From the human T2T-CHM13v2.0 reference genome, Homo sapiens, in the NCBI RefSeq assembly GCF_009914755.1, contig NC_060926.1: a stretch of 64,000 nucleotides of DNA. One strand, written 5' to 3'. The position numbers were made by a program, and so were the translations under genes. The notes under the pieces are model-generated. The model saw only the letters and a list, made by a program, of their open reading frames with translations. It ran no database searches and was not told the origin of the DNA. Shown one piece after another: positions 44,845-58,103 of this stretch. How positions within the stretch are numbered: the stretch's first letter is position 1; every line of letters starts with the position of its first letter.

Positions 44845-45800
44845 TAATTCATTTATGTAACAAATATTTGTTGAGCATCTACTATATGCAGGCAATGTTC
44901 TACATACTTAGGCTGTATCAGTTAATAAAACAGAGAAATATGTCTGGCTTTATGGAATTTATATTCTGCTGGAAGGAGATAGACCATATATACAAGAAGT
45001 TTTAAACAAGAACATTATAGATTACTTAAAAGGTGATCGTGCTGTGGAAAAAAAGAAACTAGAGTGGAATAAGGGCAATTGAGAGTGGTGGGGTTTCAGA
45101 ATGAGTGGGTTAAACTTTTAAACAGGATGGTCAGGGTAGACCTCATTAACAAGGTGATGCTTGAGCAAAGACTTGAAGGAGGTAAATGAGTGAGTCAGGT
45201 GGATTCCCATGAGACGTCAAGTTGGAGGGAAGAGCAGGTGCAAAGGCCTTGAGTGGGAGACCATGCTTGGTGGGCTTAAGGAATGGCAACGAGGCCAGTG
45301 GGGTTCGAACTGAGTGACTGTCAGAGACTTTACAGGAGTCAGATCCTAGAGCACCTTGTAGGCTCATACAAGGAGTCAAACAGAAAGTCATTGAAGAAGG
45401 TTTGGAGCTGATTACTGACTTGGTTAAATATACTTAAAAATATGTTTTGGCTCCTTTGTTGACAATAGATCATAAAAGAGTAATTGTGGAGACAGAGAAA
45501 CTATTGCATTCATTCAGGCAAAAAATGATGGTAGTAATGCCAGGGCAGTGGTGGTAGGGGTCATGAGAACTAGTTGGATTTTGGACCTATTTTTAAGATG
45601 GAGCCAACGAGATTTTCTGATGAATTAAATGTGTAAATTAAGAAAAAGAGTCAAGGATAATTCCAAGGATTTTAGTTTGAGCACTTGAATCGAGTGGATA
45701 AAGTCACCATCAGCTGAATTGAGGAAGGGTGTGGATAGTTCAGAAGTTCTGGTCTCATTAAGTTTGAGATATGTATTAGCCACCCAAATGGAGAAGAATC
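44845..45800 (-). mobile_element. L2 LINE 3' portion
   Basis: ATTCATTTATGTAACAAATATTTGTTGAGCATCTACTAT...GTGCAAAGGCCTTGAG...GAGTCAAGGATAATTCCAAGG. Confidence 0.85.
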
Positions 45801-46029
45801 CATTCAAAATTCATTTTTGTTTTTGGCTTGATGTAAGAACCTGTTTTTCTCCTACAACTGAAACCAGTGATCCTAACATCTGAGAGGTCTATATTTCTAC
45901 CACTGATTTACAATGCCACAGCTATAATATCCTAAATTCCTGTTGATACTTGAATTTGTTTGTGGACTTTCTTTTTTTCGTCTATCTGCTTTAATTAATT
46001 ATGCTGCTTTAATCACATTATATTACTTT

Positions 46030-46370
46030 TTAAAAATTTTAATTTTATTTTATTTTAAGTTATAGGATGCATCTGCAGGACGTGCAGGTTTGTTACACAT
46101 GTAAACATGTGCTATGGTGGTTTGCTGCACCTATCAACCCATGACTTAGGTATTAATCCTGCATGCATTAGCTATTCATCCTGATGCTCTCCCTCCCTCC
46201 GCACCCGCAATAGGTCTCCGTGTGTGTTGTTCCTCTCCCTGTGTCCATGCGTTCTCATTGTTCAGCTCCCACTTATCAGTGAGAACACACGGTGTTTGGT
46301 TTTCCGTTCCTGTGTTAGTTTGCTGAGGATAATGACTTCCAGCTCCATCCATGTCCCTACAAAGAACATT
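46030..46370 (-). mobile_element. L1PA (older, ~PA8-PA13) 3' end
   Basis: GCAGGACGTGCAGGTTTGTTACACATGTAAAC..GGTGGTTTGCTGCACCTATCAACCC...GTTCAGCTCCCACTTAT. Confidence 0.9.
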
Positions 46371-47539
46371 TCATCTAAGTTGACATTTTTTGACATAAAT
46401 TTATTAATAATATTTTCTTCTCATTATTTTATTATATGTAGAGTCTGTGGCATTGTCACCTCTCAGATATTTGTAGTTTGTGTCTTTTTTTTTTCTGATC
46501 AGTCTGACTGAAGGTTTATTGATTGTATTGATCTTCTCAAGAATCAGCTTTGGGTTTCATTGAGTTTTTCTGGTTTCTCTGATTTTCAAGTCAATATCTG
46601 ATTGTTCTAGTACCAAAAGAGATAAAATACATGTAAAACACAATAGTCTCTGGCATATTGGGAGCATTCAATGAATGAGTGCTTTTAATGTTATTTTATA
46701 ATTGTCATCATCTTTTATGATGCAAATTTCTTCCATGTTCTTCGATAATTTGAATTGCAAACTTGTCTTCTGTGTGAATTTCATTTCTTCTTTTCTCTAT
46801 GGTTTCTGGCAGTTTTATAGTGCCTTCTCCCTGGTGCAGTAGTTTTCCTTGTTCAGAACTAGGTCATGTATTATTATTAGCGGTTTGAGTTTTCATCTTG
46901 TAAAGTTTCTGTAAAGCAATTTTCAGAAACAGGGGAAAGCTAGTCCAATGTACTGGTCAATCAGATATCTCTTTCTTTCCTAGTTTCTTGGCAGCAAGTT
47001 AGTATCAGCTGTATCTTTGGGGAGGGTTTGCTGCTCTTTGTGCCTCCTGTTCATAAGTGGTAGATTTCCATTACTGTTCATCATATAAGGAAACTCTCTC
47101 TTAACACAACTTCTTGGCAGAGGTTGGGGGGCCGTTATGAGGGTGAGAAGCATTTACTTATATGATGCTATGACTGGCATCTCTAGCAGTTGGGCAGTGC
47201 ACCACCTGGCCAACCACACATGGTAGTCATGTTTGCTCTGATCTTCCATATCTACTTCTGAACATGTCTAATTCTTGCTTCTTCTGCCTTTTTGGGTTAT
47301 GGGGTCCTGAAAGATTACATTTCATCTTCCCAGTGATATAGTTCCATCATTTACACCTCATGGAGTTAACAGTGTTATTGTTAAGTATATTGTTAAGGTT
47401 CTCTTTTGACATATTTTTAACCAATTATCTATTATGATATGCATCTGGAGTACAAAGGTGGAATAAAGTGGTTTATTTGGGAACTCACAGGACCATCTTG
47501 ACTGAAAGCCAGCGTTAATTTTCATAGTAAAACTTTTGA

Positions 47540-47900
47540 AACAACTTAATAGTAAGCATAGAGAAATGGTTAACCACATTCAGTACTTTCATACCATGGA
47601 ATTTTATGCAGCCTTTTAATGTTTTTGAAATAATTTTAATGACATTTGAAAATTCTAAGGTTATAATGTTAACTGGAAAGATAAGATTTTTAAACTGTAC
47701 TTGTACTATAATCTCAACTAAGTAAAAATAGGCATATAAACAGGCTGGAAGGAACTAACATAAAATAATACCAACTGTTCTCCGGATGGTGTTACTATGA
47801 ATGGTCAAATTGCTAAATAAATACTTTCATAAAATTTAAGTTTTTTATAATGAATATACATTATATTGATGAGCAGAAAAATGTGAGTGGTATAATAAAA
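47540..47900 (+). mobile_element. L1ME 3' fragment
   Basis: AATGGTTAACCAC..CATACCATGGAATTTTATGCAGCC..GGCTGGAAGGAA. Confidence 0.55.
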
Positions 47901-49359
47901 GCAAAAGTCCACTCACTACTTTGAGCTTACCTTGGAAGAGGCAATTCATCACTTCCGTATGTCTCTTCCTTTCTGTACCAAAATTTAGGGACTCTTGGGC
48001 TCAACTGTTGCTGCCAGTTACATAGGACAGCAGTCAGGCTCCTTAAAACCTCCAAGATCATGCTGATAGCCCACAGTGGTCTTCCTCTTTTTAACACTCT
48101 CTGTTCAGGTTTGTGCTGCACGATCAGTAGATCGTGTTCTGCCTTGTTTAGGGACCCTGATGGCTACTATGTCAACTCAACCAGTACATGACAAATAACA
48201 TGTCATCTAACATTGGCATGTACCATCTAGATCCAGGAGTTACTGCATACAGTAGGTGCTTAATACATCTTTCCTGAAATCATCCTCACCTGTGTAATTA
48301 CAGCTCTGCCTTTGCCCAGGATGAAGGAAGCATAGAAAATAAAAAGTGGTTGGATAAGGTGGTAGAATTCTGTGTGATTCTGTTTTTTATTTTAAAATTC
48401 CTATTTTGGCTGTTATGTTTTTGTGGAATAAAATAAAATTTTCTTGAGTTCTTGAATTCCTTCGATTCCTTCACATCTGGGAGTGTGGTCAAGAGCTTTC
48501 GTTCTTGGAGGCCGAGGTTCAAATGCAGGCCCTTTCTGTTCCAGTATGGCTTTCATAAGCCACTTTACCTCTCCAAGTCTCACATCCTCAGCAGCAAAAT
48601 AATCATATTGGCTTTGAAGCAGTTGATGTGAGGCTCAGTCAGGGTAACGTAAGTGAAGTTCTTTGTGCATAGCAGTTACTAAATGAGAAAGCTCTTCTTC
48701 CCCCTGCCTTTTATACAGTAAACCCAGGTGGGTGGACAGAGTAAGTCCACTTTGGATTTCCTTAGGGGGCCCTTTGCTACAGCTAAAGGGCCTCTGACCT
48801 CGATTCAAGAGTTTTATTTAAATGAGCAGACAGTCTTTGTGTGAACATTGCCTCTTTTGAGGATATATACCACCCAGAACTCAAGAACTTGGGCTGTGTG
48901 TCGCTCTGTTCCAAGAGAACTTCCTTGGGATTATCTGGGGCACCTTTTTAATTTCTCAGACACCTCTGTCACTTCCTTTCATCTCTGGGCCCAGGAGAAG
49001 AGAGTTTGATTGGACCTGTCAACATCTGTAAGGAGGCCACTTCAGAGTCATTTGAAGAATTCCCACACCCAAGAGCATCTCAGAGCAGCTGGGAAGACCC
49101 AGGCAACCTTCAACCTTAGGCCCATGTCTTGCCTTGGAATGCTAGCTTTTGAATGGTCTGTGTGGGATTGTCAAAGTGACTCCCCAGGTGTGTGTTAGTG
49201 GCTTTGCAAGTCATCACAGTAGCAGAGAACACCACACGAACAAATCAGACAGTTCGTTCTTTGCTATGTAAAATATTATCAACCTTAATTATAATACTCA
49301 TACTTTAGAATATGAATAGAATATGAATGGAGTATGAATACAATAAAATGAAGTATCAA

Positions 49360-49515
49360 ACTCCTATTATGCTCCAGGCACTCGGCTGGGTTTATATCTA
49401 ACCGTCACCACACTGTGCAAGCCAGGACTTATGGTTTCTATTTATAGATGAAGAAACTGAGGTTCACAAAGTTCAAACCACTTTCCAAAGGTCACTTGAT
49501 GGATGAAAAAGCCTG
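49360..49515 (-). mobile_element. MIR
   Basis: CCTATTATGCTCCAGGCACT...TTTATAGATGAAGAAACTGAGGTTCA..CCAAAGGTCAC. Confidence 0.75.
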
Positions 49516-51107
49516 GATTAGAATGTAGATATGTATTTTATTTTGAATCCTTTTCTTTTTAAAGAATGACTCTGACTGCTTCTCAAAAAACGTAAAGATA
49601 GTTTGATGAGGAAGAAATATGGGCAGTTGCTAATATTAAGAGCCAAGATAGGGGGAAAAAGCCAATTTCCCTGGGCTGATGTTTGAGTTAAAAGGTTCTT
49701 GCTAGTATGAGCCACAGTTAAACTGGCACCAATTAGAGTCAAGTGTAATGAAAAATAAATACAGCTGAGCTGTTAGGCGAGCTGCTATGGCCCAGCATCT
49801 GTCAGCACTTCTATTATACATTGAGTTTTTTCAAGGAATTATAAGGGCTGTAAAAATGTGTGCTATGGTGGAACTTGGCAGGGAAAAAGTTTCCATTTAA
49901 AGAGCTTTTCAAATATATTTTCTAAAGTTTCAAAAAATTAGGTTTGAAACTTTAGTCATGAAGTTAGCAACCATTTACATAGTCCAACACCTTTTAACCG
50001 ACTGCCGAAGTGACAAGGCACTTCAGCACCAGGACAAATTCCTCCGTGGGGGTTCCTTCAGCCCCGTTCATGGGCTTCTGCCGTGACCTTTGCTTCCCCA
50101 CAGTGTTCTTGTTGGTCTCTACTGCAGCCTTAATAGCAATATCAGGTGTCATGTTCCAGGGGAGTAAAGAGTTGGGGAGTGAGAGCCCGGAAGGATCGTG
50201 GTTGCCCATGCCAGGGTGACATGACCCCTGTGTGCCGAGATGCTCCTCTGAAAGCCCTTCCAGGCCAGTGCACAGCTCTATTGGCCTCCTTCCAGGCCAG
50301 AGGCTGACACTCAACCTAAAGAGGGACTGGGAAAGGGACTGGAGCTGGGGAGGTGTTGGCCAGGGAGGCTTCAGAGGATGTGGGCTACAGAGTCTGGTAA
50401 CAGAAGGTCTCGATCTGCTTTTAATTAATTAATTAACTAACTCATTATTTGTCTGAGCAGAACTCAAGACTTGGAGACAGAAAACCATGGTGTGACCTAC
50501 AGCTCTGCTACTATCATATCTTTTGACAATGTGCTCACTGCCTAATCACTTTGGGCTTTTGTTAACTTAATTCTGAAGGAAAATGACCACCTTTATACAA
50601 GTTGCAGAATGGTAGGGTATGAGAATAACGAGTGTTGAAGTACTCTGTGAGCTTTAAAGAGGTACACAAATAGAATAAGGGAGAATCATAAGGAAACATG
50701 TGTTGACCTTTTCCTAAGGATCCTTTCCTAGTGGCCAGGCAAGGTGAAGGAGAGAAACATGAATAAGACATGCTGTTGACATACAAAAACCCAGAACAGA
50801 CAAGAGTCAAGCTGGACTAAAGGGCATTTTGACAAATGCCCACATCCAAGAGAAGGAGTAAATCCAGGACTCAGTGGGCCATAAACAAGCCACTCGCTCC
50901 AACATTTTACCAGGAAAGTCCCAGGAAAAGAGCTAATATTAAATTCCATCCTGGGATTCTTACTTATCCAGAATTCTATCATTGCACATCAATATCGCCA
51001 TACCTGGTCTTGGTGTTTCTTGTCATCATTTCACAATGAATACTGGAGTCAACAGGCAAATAACGTTTCTGCATAAGTCAGTTGGGGCCAGGGTACCTAA
51101 CCATGGA

Positions 51108-51284
51108 AGTAGTAACTCTCAAACTTGACCTGGTGAAGGACTCCCTGGTGGTGTTTATTAAAATGTAGAGACCCGGACCCTCCCAACAAAGATTCTGACT
51201 TTGTAGGCAGCAGCCCCCAGATCTGGATTTCTAGAAACTCTCTAGCTGGAGGTAGGACATATGGCCACACACTGAGAAACACTG
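51108..51284. mobile_element. MER5-like MITE
   Basis: CTCTCAAACTTG..TTATTAAAATGTAGA..AGATTCTGACTT..CACACTGAGAAACACTG. Confidence 0.65.
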
Positions 51285-51770
51285 AATTTAGACTTCTCTG
51301 AGATGGCCGCGTGAGTCTAAATTGTCAGAGCTGGCAATCTCTATACAGCTTCCCCATTTTATTGCTGAGAAAACTCTGCAGAGGGAGGAGGTTGGTATTC
51401 ACAGAGCATATGACATGTGTCGAATGCTGTGCTGGCATTCAACTTAGGCCTTCTCATTTCATCTTCACCATGCATCTGGTTCCTTCCACTAAAGGCACTT
51501 AGATGTATTCCGCCTTGAGTTCGGCACATTAACCTGCCTCTCGGCTCCAACATCTGGGCAGCTGAAGGAATAAAACAATGTATCTACAGCCAGTACACAT
51601 TTGTGTGCTCTGTGATCAGTGGGACTTTTCATTTTGGGGACTGCTTCCACTCTCTTTCACCCCTTAAGAAGCACATCATTTGCTTCTCTCTTCAAGCTCT
51701 TTATCTTCCTCCAGCTCTTCACTCTCAAACAAAATTCCTATTCTTTCTTCATTAAAAACATTGTGTCCTA

Positions 51771-52050
51771 CCATGGTGGCAACACCCATAATCTCAGCAC
51801 TTTGAGAGGCTGAGGCAGGAGTGGCACTTGAGGCCAGGAGTTTCAGACCAGCCTGAGCAATGTAACAAGACTCTATCTCTACAAAAAATTAAAAACCCAG
51901 CCAGGCATGGTGGCGTTCGCCTGTTGTTCCAGCTACTCAGGAGGCTGAGTCAGAGAATCACTTGAGCCCAGGAGATTGAAGCTGCAGTGAGTTATGACCA
52001 CACCACTGTGCTACAGCCTGGGTAGCAGAGTGAGACTCTAAAAAAAAAAG
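51771..52050 (+). mobile_element. AluJ-like (5' end eroded)
   Basis: CTTGAGGCCAGGAGTTTCAGACC..CTTGAGCCCAGGAG..GCTGCAGTGAGTTATGA. Confidence 0.9.
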
Positions 52051-52051
52051 A

Positions 52052-52382
<331 letters not shown>

Positions 52383-53451
52383 TCATGAGTTAACTTAATA
52401 CATTCACCCCTCTTCAATTCCTTTTCTCTAGTCTCTGGGAATGAGGACCCTTTCCTCCTGCTTGAGGACATCTCTTCTCACGTCCTTGACCTGAGTTTCC
52501 TCACCATATCAGGTGCATTAATTTCTCACCACAACTACTCCTTCCTGTGTCTTAAATCCCCTTTCTGTTGCTTTCTTCTCAGACCAGAAATCTGTTGAAG
52601 CCTCTTCTACACTAAAGCACAGTCTCTTCCCACACTTTATTTCCTTCTAGTCATGCTATGATCTCACTTCTTTCCTTGTCACCCAAACTTCTTGAGTGTT
52701 ATTGTCTCTCTCCACTCTTAACTCCCATTTGCTGCTCGACCCATTTCAATCTGTCTCCCAGTCACACTCCTTTAATAAGATTCGATTTGCTAAGGTTACC
52801 TTACTGCTGCCCAAATTCAGTGGATATTTTTCAGTCCTTCTTCAGTAAGATAGGGATATTAATGCTTAGCTCTTAGTGCCTATTAGGTTGTTTTAAGAAT
52901 CAGTGCTAAATGTATGGAACTGCTGGGTACACAGACCTATCACAGAATAACAGTTCAGCAAATGATTCCCTTTTCCTTCCTCCTCCTCTTCCTCCTCATT
53001 ATTATAATTGTTGCTATCATTATTTCAGGGACTTCAGGTGAATTTGACACCACTGACCATTCCCATCTTTTAGATTTCATGACATCTATCATCTTAGTGC
53101 TCTCATCCTCTGACGATTCCCCCAATCTCTATAGGCCTGCCTTCTTTCTCCCAAGATCGGTATTCCCTGGGAGTCTCTCTCTGGTCCTTCCTTCATCTTA
53201 CTCTTCCTACTGTCCCTGGTTGAGCTCCTGCTTGCAGTTGCTAGTTACAAGCCAATAAATTCTGTTTCCCCCGCACTTAGACATGCCCCTGAGCCATGTG
53301 TCCAGCCTGCTGGACATTTCTTCCTATTCTGCAAGACCTGGCACATAAGAGTTGCTCAAGAACAGTCTGGCCTCTTTAGGGCCCCAGCCAATTTCTATAC
53401 AATATAGTGAAGCTTGGGCACAGCAGCCTTGACTCTACCCAGAACAGCCTA

Positions 53452-53522
53452 GTGTGTGTGTATGTGTGTGTGTGTGTGCATATGTGTGTGTGCGTATGTG
53501 TACGTTTGTGCATGTGTTTGTG
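53452..53522. repeat. Imperfect (TG)n microsatellite
   Basis: ~70 bp of alternating purine-pyrimidine. Confidence 0.9.
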
Positions 53523-54027
53523 GCAGCTCTAGGCTCCACTGTTCTCCATTAGAGATGGAGCACATTTGATAATATGGAGCTATGGTCACAACTGCCAGGT
53601 GGCATGTAGCTACTACCTAGAGAGAAGGATGAAGGAGAGGTTCGCTGAAGAGCTGGAGCCAGTGGCAGGCAGAAGTAATTAAGGCAGCTTTCACAATGCT
53701 ATGGAAGGCCTTGGGCTGTATCTGGCAGAAATCATGGCAGAGACAAAATGGAATCCTAAAGTTTCAGAGATTAAAGTGAAAGTTTGTTTCCAAGTTCAAA
53801 TACTAATTTCTTATATGTTTAGCTTTTAACTTTCCATAAGTGTGGGCAGAATTGTTGGCATATGAAAATGCCACATCCCTGAACCTGACATAGGACAAAA
53901 GGAGAAGTGTTTGGTTTTGGATTTAGACAAAGCTTGGCTCCTCTGATAACTGTATGACTTTCGTCAACCTATTTCACTTTTCTGAGCCTCAGTCATCTGT
54001 ATCAGGAGGGTGACAACATCCTGGTTC

Positions 54028-54860
54028 TCTCATTCACTCAACATTTATTGAGAGCTTTGTTAGTCCCTGGCAAGAAGCTGGGTGCTGAACTGCTGAGATA
54101 ACTCAGATATGTCCTTGCCCTCGAGGACTGTAGAGAATAGAAGAGGAAACGGGCACACATGCAAGGAACAGGTGTCAGCTTAGTCTGAGGAGTGTGGAAA
54201 AGCAAGAAATAAAAAACCATGCCCAGGTTTCTGGCTTTAGAAATCAGGAAGAGGATGGGATCGACTCAACCATGGAGAGGAGGAACCCAGGAGAAGGGCC
54301 AGGTTTAGGGTGGGAAGAAGATAAAGTTCAGTTTTGACCATACAAGGTGTGAGATGCTTGCAGGGTGTCCACGTAGAGACGCTCGCCAGGAGAGAAATGC
54401 ATCTGTCTGGACGTCAGGAGAATCTCTGGAGTTGGAAACACCTATTTGGAGTCCTCAGCACAAACCCATTCTGTGAGCTCCAGAGCAGATGAAAATGCTC
54501 TGAAAGTGTATACTAAAAAGACAGCCACCTTGACAAGGGCAAGGAAGGAGAAGGCTGAGAAGGGCTCCTTGCATAGGTAGGAGGAAGAACTGAAGAGCAT
54601 GGGAATATAGAAACCCGGAGCAGGAAGAGGGTCAGTAGTTTTGAACACTGCAGAATTCAAGGAAGAAGAAGACGACAGAAACACCTCCGATGGCTTAGCA
54701 ACAGAGAGGTTCTTGAAAGCAATTTCAAGGAAATTATAAGGCTAGAAGGTCTGGCTTAGACAGGAGAACTCCTGACTCTTCTAGTAAAACTTGAGGAAGA
54801 CTGGAAAGAACAGGATGTAGGTAAGTTTGTGGAGGATTCGGCAAGATGTTGTTGGATTTT
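54028..54860 (-). mobile_element. L2 fragment
   Basis: CATTCACTCAACATTTATTGAG...CCCAGGTTTCTGGCTT...AGTTCAGTTTTGACCAT..GTGAGATGC. Confidence 0.75.
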
Positions 54861-54874
54861 CTTTCTAGGAATCT

Positions 54875-54975
54875 TTCCTTCCTTCCTTCCTTCTTTCCTT
54901 CCTTCCTTCCTCCCTTCCTTCCTTCCTTTCTTCCTTCCCTCCTTCCTTCCTTCCTTTCTTCCTTCCTTCCTTCTT
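54875..54975. repeat. (TTCC)n microsatellite at L1 tail
   Basis: ~25 imperfect TTCC units abutting the L1PB 3' end. Confidence 0.95.
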
Positions 54976-55577
54976 TCCATAGGTTTTTGGGGGAACAGGC
55001 AATATTTGGTTACATGAGTAAGTTCTTTAGTGGTGATTTGTGAGATATTGGTGTACCCATCACCCCAGCTGTATACACTGAACCCAATTTGTAGCCTTTT
55101 ATCCCTCATCCTCCTCCCACCTTTTCCTCCTGAGTCACCAAAGTCCACTGTATCATTCTTATGCCTTTGCATCCTCACAGTTTAGCTCCTACTTATGAGT
55201 GAGAACATACGATGTTTGATTTTCCATTGCTGAGTTACTTCACTTAGAATAATCGTCTCCAGTCCCATCCAGGTTTCTGTGAATGCCATCAATTCATTCC
55301 TTTTTATGGCTGAGTAGTATTCCACTGTATATGTATACTACGGTTTCTTTATCCACTTGTTGATTGATGGGCATTTGGGCTGGTTCCACATTTTTGCAAT
55401 TTGTGAATTGTGCTGCTATAAACATGCATATGCAAGTATCTTTTTTGTATAATGACTTATTTTCCTCTGGGTGGATACCCAGTAGCGGGATTGCTGGATC
55501 AAATGGTCGTTCTACTTTCAGTTCTTTAAGGAATCTCCACACTGTTTTCCATAGTGGTTGTACTACTTTACATTCCC
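54976..55577 (-). mobile_element. L1PB1-like 3' end
   Basis: CCATAGGTTTTTGGGGGAACAGG..TACATGAGTAAGTTCTTTAGTGGTGATTT; minus-strand peptide [22 protein letters not shown] (ORF2 C-terminus). Confidence 0.92.
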
Positions 55578-58103
55578 GTCTTTCTTGTGGTTTCTAATTT
55601 GTGTGTGACACCATGACTGACACTTGCTCTTAGTCAGGGCCAGCTCGTGAGGTGGGAGGTCTGAGAGAGAGAGGGTCATTTGATATGGACTGAGGAGGAT
55701 GGGCATGGGCCAGGCGTGGGAGGCATGGAAAAGTTTCAGGCAACATCACAGACCCAGATGGGGAGAGACTATCAGTTTGTACCAATGGCAACCTGTGTCC
55801 CTGTGATTTTCTGCAGGAATGCACCACACTCTCGATGTGCGTACAGAGAAGATGGCTGGCTGGCTGGATCCAGGGTTTTAATGTTTCCAGGTAAGTTTAA
55901 AGAAAAGAACAACTGACCTCCTGACAAGCTGATGGACAAGGGGAAAGCAGAGGGACTAAGAGATAAGCGGTCTCTCTGAAGTCAAATTAGCGGAACGCTG
56001 AGGTAGCAGGATGAACTGAGAAAAAGCTGGATGGGTTTGAGAGCTGTGATCAGAGACAGACAGATCTGCACTCAGGGTTTCAGGGCTGGGAAAGCTCCAG
56101 GGAATGCAAGTTCCAAGGTGAAGTCATGGGAATGGGTGGCTGAAATGGGATGGAAGGAAAGGTGACAGGAACTAGGTTGATGCCACTCAGGGAAAGGGTG
56201 GTGAGAAATCCGGAGATCTGGGAGTCAAGCTCCTTAGCCGGAGGACACTGTTCAGAAAGCTGTGCAGCTGGCTCGGGAAAGCGGACATCTATCCCTCCAG
56301 TGTGGGGAAGCAGGGGAGTGTACATGTGCATGCCAGGGATTCGGCCTCTGGGCTTTGGTAATTTGGCAATATGCCACTCCCATCAAGCCTCTGCAGTGCT
56401 CTGTTGAGCCAGATTCTTCCCAGAGTCCCTGATTCCTGATGCTGAGCCTACCCCATCACCTGCTCTCCAGAGCCAGCCCTTGAAGGCAGCAATTCATCCT
56501 CCAGTGGAGCCCTCAGCAGTGACTGGGGAGCCCTAGCCCCTGGGTCAGCCAGGACAGAGCAGCTGCCATCGTTGGCTGAAGGCTACTTCTTGGCATTCGA
56601 CGGCAGGTTTTGTTTAGACACAGGAGGCACATTGAGAAATGCTTCCAGACTTGTGCCTGGGGACATGGGGGAAGCAGAAGAGCACATGGAGCATTTTAAA
56701 GCCTTCAAAAGGAGTTTTGGTGCCTGGCCCCGCCCTAAACGTTTGCACCCAGATATGGTGTTTCCGCGTGCGGGTCTCATACCTGTGCCTGACAAGTGGG
56801 AGGCCGCTGACAAGCAGCCTCAGTGGCTCACAAATGGAGTTTGGTTTAAAGTTCAAGTCATAACTGGATGGTGCCTATTTGTCCCTGACCAAACTCAGCA
56901 CAAAAAAGGTTGCACTTTTTTTTTTCCTAAAAGGCAGCAAATGTGGACAAATATTAGCTCTTGAAAATAAAGGGGGAAGTTATTCATTCACTCAGCAGCA
57001 TTTTCCAAGCCATCAATCTTCTGAGGATTTCTATTGCTTTAATCATCAAGGTTGTTTATTTGGAGCAATTTCTGAGAGAATAAAAGTACCTTTGGCCTTT
57101 ATCTGCTGTCATCAAAGCATCCATTAGGGGACTGGAGCCCTGTAGGGAGGCTCAAGGGATTATTCCGAGAGGTTTTCTGAAACGCACAGGAATTCTGCTT
57201 TTTCTTCTCCCTGGTGCGGCAGTGAAGTTTAAACTGTAATCTGAAAGGTTGAGTTTATCGTCAGGTTTGTACCATTTGAACAGGATTTTGTTCAAGGCAA
57301 ACCTACCCATAAAAGTATTTTAAGTGACCTGGAAAAAAGGCCGGCCTGCCTATCTGGAAATTGTGTGGCCTCTGACAGTCTCCGAGCCTTGGGGTTCTGA
57401 CAATAGCACGATGGAGTCCCTGGCAGCCTGTACAGTAACAGGATGTCATCTTCTTGGGGAGGGTTGGGGGCAGAAGCAGGAAAGAAGCTGAGTGGTCCCT
57501 GCCCTGCCAGAAGGTGAAGCATTACGCTGCTTGGTGAACTTGAAGTGGGAGGAGAAAGAATTGAAATTATGTGGAGCCTGTGGGTAAATGCATCTGGGTG
57601 TACACACATATGCACAGACACTGCACACAGGCACACACAGCACACATGCATATACACACACACACACTCACACTCACTGCCCCGTGCCTCACAGGCGCCT
57701 CTGCCTCAGGTGCCTCCCAGCTCCAGTTCTGCCAGAATGCCACCTCCCTTCCACTGCCTCCCAGGCCCTTTGCACTCCTCTGCCTTCCAGGGCACGTCTT
57801 CAGGCCTCCTGGACCAGCCCCTGCCTGTCGGATGTGGACCCCTCAGAGGGACTACAGGACCCCCTGACTGTGAGTGCCCTTGCCCCTCTCTGGGTTCTGG
57901 GAAGCAAGGGCTGGGAACACTCTGCTCACTGGAAAACACATGAGCAGCTGCTCCATGGCTCAGCCTGAGTAAGCAAGAACGGCTGGTGTGGCCGCCTCCC
58001 CAGGCTTCTCTCTGTGTCCTGCTGTGTCAGCTGTGTCCCCACGCTCCGGAGAAGCCAGCTCAGCAGTCATCATAGCGGAGCATATGCCCCCCGCCCCCCG
58101 CCC

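Noticed and set aside
47925-48140. Possible minus-strand exon ending at a strong donor (AAG|GTAAGC at 47931/47930), plus a CACGATC-AGTA-GATCGTG hairpin at 48119-48136
   Set aside because: No convincing acceptor or recognisable peptide; such donors and 7-bp stems occur by chance in 64 kb. A lncRNA exon cannot be excluded without RNA data
49306-49340. 11-bp unit TAGAATATGAA repeated about 3 times
   Set aside because: Short, degenerate AT-rich microrepeat with no further support
56572-56964. 130-aa ORF in unique sequence
   Set aside because: Non-ATG start, no recognisable domain, length compatible with chance
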